From: Candidatus Hydrothermarchaeota archaeon
GTDB taxonomy: Archaea; CAYFZR01
Reading direction: 5' to 3'
NCBI GenBank assembly: GCA_046760505.1
Contig: JBHIEG010000008.1
Coordinates: 12,200 to 76,199, forward strand
DNA: 64,000 nt
Below are positions 60,147-64,000 of the stretch, one piece after another (position 1 is the stretch's first letter; every line of letters begins with the position of its first letter). Under the pieces are notes generated by a model. The model was not told the origin of the DNA and made no database searches. It saw nothing but the letters and a program-made list of their open reading frames with translations. The position numbers were made by a program, and so were the translations under genes.

Positions 60147-61757
60147 TCAAAAACCCATCTGTCCAAGCAAGAATCTCTTATATCTAATATCTAGCAAGGT
60201 ATCATCCGATAGTTCTATTATTCCACGGATGCCGAACTGTTTTTTATCTGCTATGCTCGCCCTCCAGATTTTTTTCACAGTTCCTGCCTTTAACCTTAAG
60301 GAAAAGGCATTACTTATATCAATATCTGCGGGTATTTTGATTCCTATTCTAGAAGAGAGAGGCTCGTTCCAAACAATTGCCATTTTAAACGCTCCCATGT
60401 CTAAAATCTTAGAAACTTCCATTTCTTGTAAGAATACATCGTTAACCTCACTTACCGGCGTGGGAACCTTGCAAAGGATTTTTTCGTCTATTTTGTCAAA
60501 AGTACGATCTCTAATATCTCCCAAAATCTCTTGGATTTCGTGTAAAGTATGTTCTGGAATTTCTTTTTTGATGACTTTATAGCGATTCAGCAGTTTTCTA
60601 GCCAGTTTTTCTTTACTTTCGTCTCCACATACTTTGAATATCGTTTCATGTATCGCGAGAGATAATTCTTGGTTTCCAAGGAACCAGAAATCATCAGCCC
60701 ATCTGTCTAATTCTTCAATTTCCTCTTTTTTTATTCCTTCAATGGGCTCGTTAAGTATTATACCTGAAATGAGGGCTCCAACTCTAAGAAATGGAGAGGG
60801 TGTCCTTATATATTTAAAAAGTTGAATCGCATTCTCGTACTTTCCAATTATTAAATTTAAGAAACCTTTCAGGAGATTTAGGTTATCAAAAAATTCTCTA
60901 TCTCCGCCTTTAATGGCTACTAGGTTATGGCATGCCTCAAGATTCGTTAATGCTCCCAAGATATCGCCCTTTTCCATATGATTTTTGAGATTGGAAAGTC
61001 GATAGTCTATTAGATATGTAATTGCGTAGTTGGTGACACGCTCTTCCTTAAAATCATGTATTTGCTCTAAGATTTCTTCGCATTTCGCCTCCAGTCTAAG
61101 AGGATCTTCTTTACATTTTTCAGCCGTGTTAATGCTCTCAATAATAGATTCTGGAATCTCTACTCTCTCAATCGTGGTAGAAGCCTTCATTTCATCTATG
61201 GCAGATAAAGCTCCATCTATTATCTGATTAACGATATAGTCGATTTCCCTTCCACGTCTTATTCTGTAGTTAACAAAATATTGATTGACCTCTTTTATGG
61301 CATTCTTGAACTCTATATCGTCTATTTCTCCGTATAAAAATACAAGAAATGTAGTAGGCTCTATGTGCTCTATATAATCAGCTAAATTTTCAATCATGTT
61401 TTTAATGCCTTCATCGTTTGTAACAATCCCTACGCTTCCCTTTTCTTTATGTAACTCTATTGCAAGAGATATTACCTCCGGATCGACAACGCTCTCTGGT
61501 TTGATCAAACGATTTCTTACTGCCTTTTCTCGAACTTCTTTGTATAAACTTGAGTTCCTATCAACTTTTTTAACTTGGTACTTCAGTTTAATCAGTTTTT
61601 CAATTCTATGGAGTTCTTCAAGAACTCCTTTTGTAACATAGCATTCTATTTCTCTTGATCTAACAATCTCAGGTATTTTTGGTATGTATTTAGATTGATT
61701 GACATTATCTAGAGCTATGAAGAAATTTGAATCGAAGATTAAATTCTTGGGAATCAT
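60147..61757 (-). CDS. PIN-domain nuclease with helical-repeat middle region and beta-rich C-terminal domain
   Basis: IFDSNFF, VLEEL, VDPEVI.LA, VTNDEG acidic tetrad in first ~130 aa; ATGA overlap with ATPase gene. Confidence 0.75.
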   Translation of the reverse strand: MIPKNLIFDSNFFIALDNVNQSKYIPKIPEIVRSREIECYVTKGVLEELHRIEKLIKLKYQVKKVDRNSSLYKEVREKAVRNRLIKPESVVDPEVISLAIELHKEKGSVGIVTNDEGIKNMIENLADYIEHIEPTTFLVFLYGEIDDIEFKNAIKEVNQYFVNYRIRRGREIDYIVNQIIDGALSAIDEMKASTTIERVEIPESIIESINTAEKCKEDPLRLEAKCEEILEQIHDFKEERVTNYAITYLIDYRLSNLKNHMEKGDILGALTNLEACHNLVAIKGGDREFFDNLNLLKGFLNLIIGKYENAIQLFKYIRTPSPFLRVGALISGIILNEPIEGIKKEEIEELDRWADDFWFLGNQELSLAIHETIFKVCGDESKEKLARKLLNRYKVIKKEIPEHTLHEIQEILGDIRDRTFDKIDEKILCKVPTPVSEVNDVFLQEMEVSKILDMGAFKMAIVWNEPLSSRIGIKIPADIDISNAFSLRLKAGTVKKIWRASIADKKQFGIRGIIELSDDTLLDIRYKRFLLGQMGF

Positions 61758-63601
61758 TTTTCTATTGTAGAATAGTCATTTTTCTTTATATTGTAAACTA
61801 GATCCCAATTCTCATCTTTTCCAAGTAACTCATTGTTTGTTGTTACGATGACCTGCTTTATATCAAGTTTCTGAATTAAACGCATCATTAACTCAGCATC
61901 TTTGGAATCTAAATGCTCTACAGGCTCGTCTATAACAAAGAAGTTCGGATTCCCAACTGCTTTGGCGAGAGCTACTCTAGTAGCCATAAACGATATAATC
62001 TTTTCACTTCCAGATAGCTGTCTAACGTGAAATTTTTCTGCTCCATGAATGAATTCAGGATCTAAACCATCATACTCTATGCTCCACGTTCCCTCCATGA
62101 AATTTGACCAGACCTCTTCGGCTTCCTTGCTCATTTTCTCAAAAATATCCTTTCTTAGCTCTTGAACGGTTTCTTTGCAAGCTTCAACGAATTTTTCGCA
62201 TATAAAGCCCAGATATTTTACCTTTTTAAGGTCCTCTTCCAATTCTGATATATCAAGCCACTCAATACCTAGCTGCGTTTCTAATTTTATTTTTTCTCTT
62301 AATTTTACATTGTATTCAGAATCTAGATCACTTATTTTATCTTCTATTTCTTTCAGGTTTAAAGTAACATCGACATCGATTTTCTCAATTTCCTTTTTAT
62401 TTTCATCGATTTCTCTATTAATTTGATTTAAAGATTCTTTTATAGAGCCCAGTGCTCTTAGATCGTCCTCTAATTTCTTTATTCGTCTGTTTGTTTCTAT
62501 AAGAAGGTTTTCTTTTTCTTCTAACTTTGTTTTAGCCTCAAATCTTTCATTCTCCAGTTCAAGTATCCTTTCTTCTTTCTTATTTATGACGGTTTTAACC
62601 AGATCTGGAGTTAAGACCTGCTCGCACGTTGGACAGTGTCTTAACCCGGTTTTATCAACTTCTCTAATTCTTTCCAGCTCTTCTTCTTCTTTTTCGATTG
62701 TTCCTTGGATCTTCCCGATCTCTGCGGTGATTTCTTTTATTTCTTCTTCCAATCTATTTTTTTCAGATGTTTTTTCTTTTAATTCAGAATCTATAATAGC
62801 CTCGGGATCATCTCCGTATTCTTTTCGATAAGAGGCAAGTTTTGAGGCTACTTCACCCCTTCTCTCTTCTAAATCTTCCTTTTTAATTTTTAGATTTTCA
62901 AGAGTTCTTAATTTATTTCTGATCTCTTCTAGTTCTTCTTTTTCTTCTTCTATATCTTTTAACCTTGATTCCAGTTCTTTTATTTTATTTTCAGCCTCTT
63001 CCTCGTCGAACTCCGGTCTTATCTTTTCTTTTTCTATCTTTTTTGCCAGCTCTTTCCTTTGAGTATCGTACTGCTTGGAAAGTTTTTTCAGATCTCTGCT
63101 TATCTCATCCACTCGCTGGGCTTTAACGAGTTTATCTATCTCCGCTAGAGCCTGAGACTTCTTCTTGCTCGTTAAATACTCGTAAACATCTCCCTCCTTC
63201 ATGAATATGGCTCTCATGAAGTAGTCTTCATTGAATCCAAGTATATCCATTATTTTCGAGTCTACTTCTTTTTTTACAGAAGTTATTTCTTTATTATTTT
63301 GATATAGATGTGCGTCTTCCTTAGTTCTCTTATTAGAGGCTATCTTTCTTCTGACAAGATATTCGTTATCATCTTTATCCAGAAATATGATCTCTATATC
63401 TGCCTCTCTTTCTCCCTCTCTCACGTAATCTTTTGGATCCAAACCATCTAGCGTAGAGCCGGTTAGACCATAGAAAAGGGCGTGAAGGATGGAGGATTTG
63501 CCTGAGTGCCCCGGTCCAAAGATAAGATTTTTTCCCTCGATAAATTCTATGGATTCATCGGAGAAGCTCCTGAAGTTCTTCAGAGAAATGGATTTTATCA
63601 T
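61754..63601 (-). CDS. Rad50/SbcC-like SMC ATPase with zinc hook
   Basis: LKNFRSF, Walker A GPGHSGKSS, coiled coil with central CPTC, signature LSGSE, Walker B/D-loop VIDEPVEHLD. Confidence 0.9.
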   Translation of the reverse strand: MIKSISLKNFRSFSDESIEFIEGKNLIFGPGHSGKSSILHALFYGLTGSTLDGLDPKDYVREGEREADIEIIFLDKDDNEYLVRRKIASNKRTKEDAHLYQNNKEITSVKKEVDSKIMDILGFNEDYFMRAIFMKEGDVYEYLTSKKKSQALAEIDKLVKAQRVDEISRDLKKLSKQYDTQRKELAKKIEKEKIRPEFDEEEAENKIKELESRLKDIEEEKEELEEIRNKLRTLENLKIKKEDLEERRGEVASKLASYRKEYGDDPEAIIDSELKEKTSEKNRLEEEIKEITAEIGKIQGTIEKEEEELERIREVDKTGLRHCPTCEQVLTPDLVKTVINKKEERILELENERFEAKTKLEEKENLLIETNRRIKKLEDDLRALGSIKESLNQINREIDENKKEIEKIDVDVTLNLKEIEDKISDLDSEYNVKLREKIKLETQLGIEWLDISELEEDLKKVKYLGFICEKFVEACKETVQELRKDIFEKMSKEAEEVWSNFMEGTWSIEYDGLDPEFIHGAEKFHVRQLSGSEKIISFMATRVALAKAVGNPNFFVIDEPVEHLDSKDAELMMRLIQKLDIKQVIVTTNNELLGKDENWDLVYNIKKNDYSTIEK

Positions 63602-63828
63602 TTTTCGACCTCGAACTCCTTCATAAACTCATCCGAAGGATCTAACGCTTCATCCTCGAACAGTTTCCTGAAAAGACCGATCAGTTTGTTGAAATCCTCA
63701 TCGCCTGGTCTATCAGTGCCCTCATATTTCCTGGGAATCTTTTCTTCATAGAGGAGTCTTCTTAAGATATTTTGAAAGGTCCTGTCCACCGAGACCATGA
63801 GACCACTCATTAAATAGGTTCGATACAT
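63598..63828 (-). CDS. Small acidic helical protein, first gene of the ATPase-PIN operon
   Basis: TGA overlaps the ATPase ATG (ATGA); start may be 63828, 63810 or 63798. Confidence 0.65.
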   Translation of the reverse strand: MYRTYLMSGLMVSVDRTFQNILRRLLYEEKIPRKYEGTDRPGDEDFNKLIGLFRKLFEDEALDPSDEFMKEFEVEK

Positions 63829-63845
63829 TTAATCCGAGTTTAAAC

Positions 63846-63860
63846 TTATTAAAGGTTTCT
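63846..63860 (-). promoter_or_regulatory. Candidate BRE/TATA for the small protein-ATPase-PIN operon
   Basis: Minus strand reads AGAAACC-TTTAATAA just upstream of the small ORF. Confidence 0.45.
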
Positions 63861-63901
63861 TACAAATAAAAGTTAAATAATTGGAGAGCTAAGAATTATT
63901 T

Positions 63902-64000
63902 TCAACTTCGAGTCAAGGCTTTGAAATCACGATCAGTTATCTTACGAGTCGCTTGGACAAACCATGCCCAGCCTTTGTTGAGATCTTTTCCGTGAAATGC
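63902..64000 (-). CDS. 3' end of a probable EVE/PUA-like domain protein (partial)
   Basis: AFHGKDLNKGWAWFVQATRKITDRDFKALTRS*; W..Q..R.I...DF resembles EVE C-termini. Confidence 0.45.
   Translation of the reverse strand, partial: AFHGKDLNKGWAWFVQATRKITDRDFKALTRS

Noticed and set aside
60067-60582. 171-aa plus-strand ORF and the many other antisense ORFs in the track
   Set aside because: Shadow frames opposite well-supported genes, with no motifs or RBS
1-64000. tRNA, rRNA, SRP RNA, IS elements or integrase
   Set aside because: Intergenic gaps are short and AT-rich with no cloverleaf or GC-rich structured segment seen by eye, and no transposase or recombinase motifs appear in the ORF track; tRNAscan-SE or Infernal would be needed to exclude small RNAs

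Overview
AT-rich, very compact archaeal chromosome segment. Gene content (HdrBC/MvhDGA, MfnA, Hpt, PAC2, SRP19, Dph2, DacZ, cupin PGI) points to an anaerobic euryarchaeote-like lineage; exact taxonomy cannot be determined here. Positions 1-55.6 kb are mostly housekeeping and metabolic genes. They include an hdrC/B-mvhD/G/A operon facing a second group-3 [NiFe]-hydrogenase operon that carries two V4R-like proteins, a ferredoxin, a DUF2226-like protein and a Roadblock/MglB protein. Also present are a DNA ligase with a divergent HTH-LigD-type polymerase, aro/thiC genes, a trp operon interrupted by an antisense multidomain gene ending in a ubiquitin-like domain, a chimeric split ThDP 2-oxoacid oxidoreductase with a CCG Fe-S subunit, ppsA with no canonical start codon, AOR and a SelB-like GTPase. 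Positions 55.6-64 kb form a toxin-antitoxin/defence island: two intact VapBC pairs, Doc, RelE, YgiT and MNT-associated relics, repeated palindromic boxes, an HhH protein, and a coupled three-gene operon (small protein, Rad50-like zinc-hook ATPase, PIN nuclease) with no Mre11. The best candidates for undescribed systems are the Rad50-PIN operon and the hydrogenase-V4R-Roadblock operon. No rRNA, tRNA, CRISPR array, transposase or integrase was seen. All family calls come from motif recognition by eye, not database searches.
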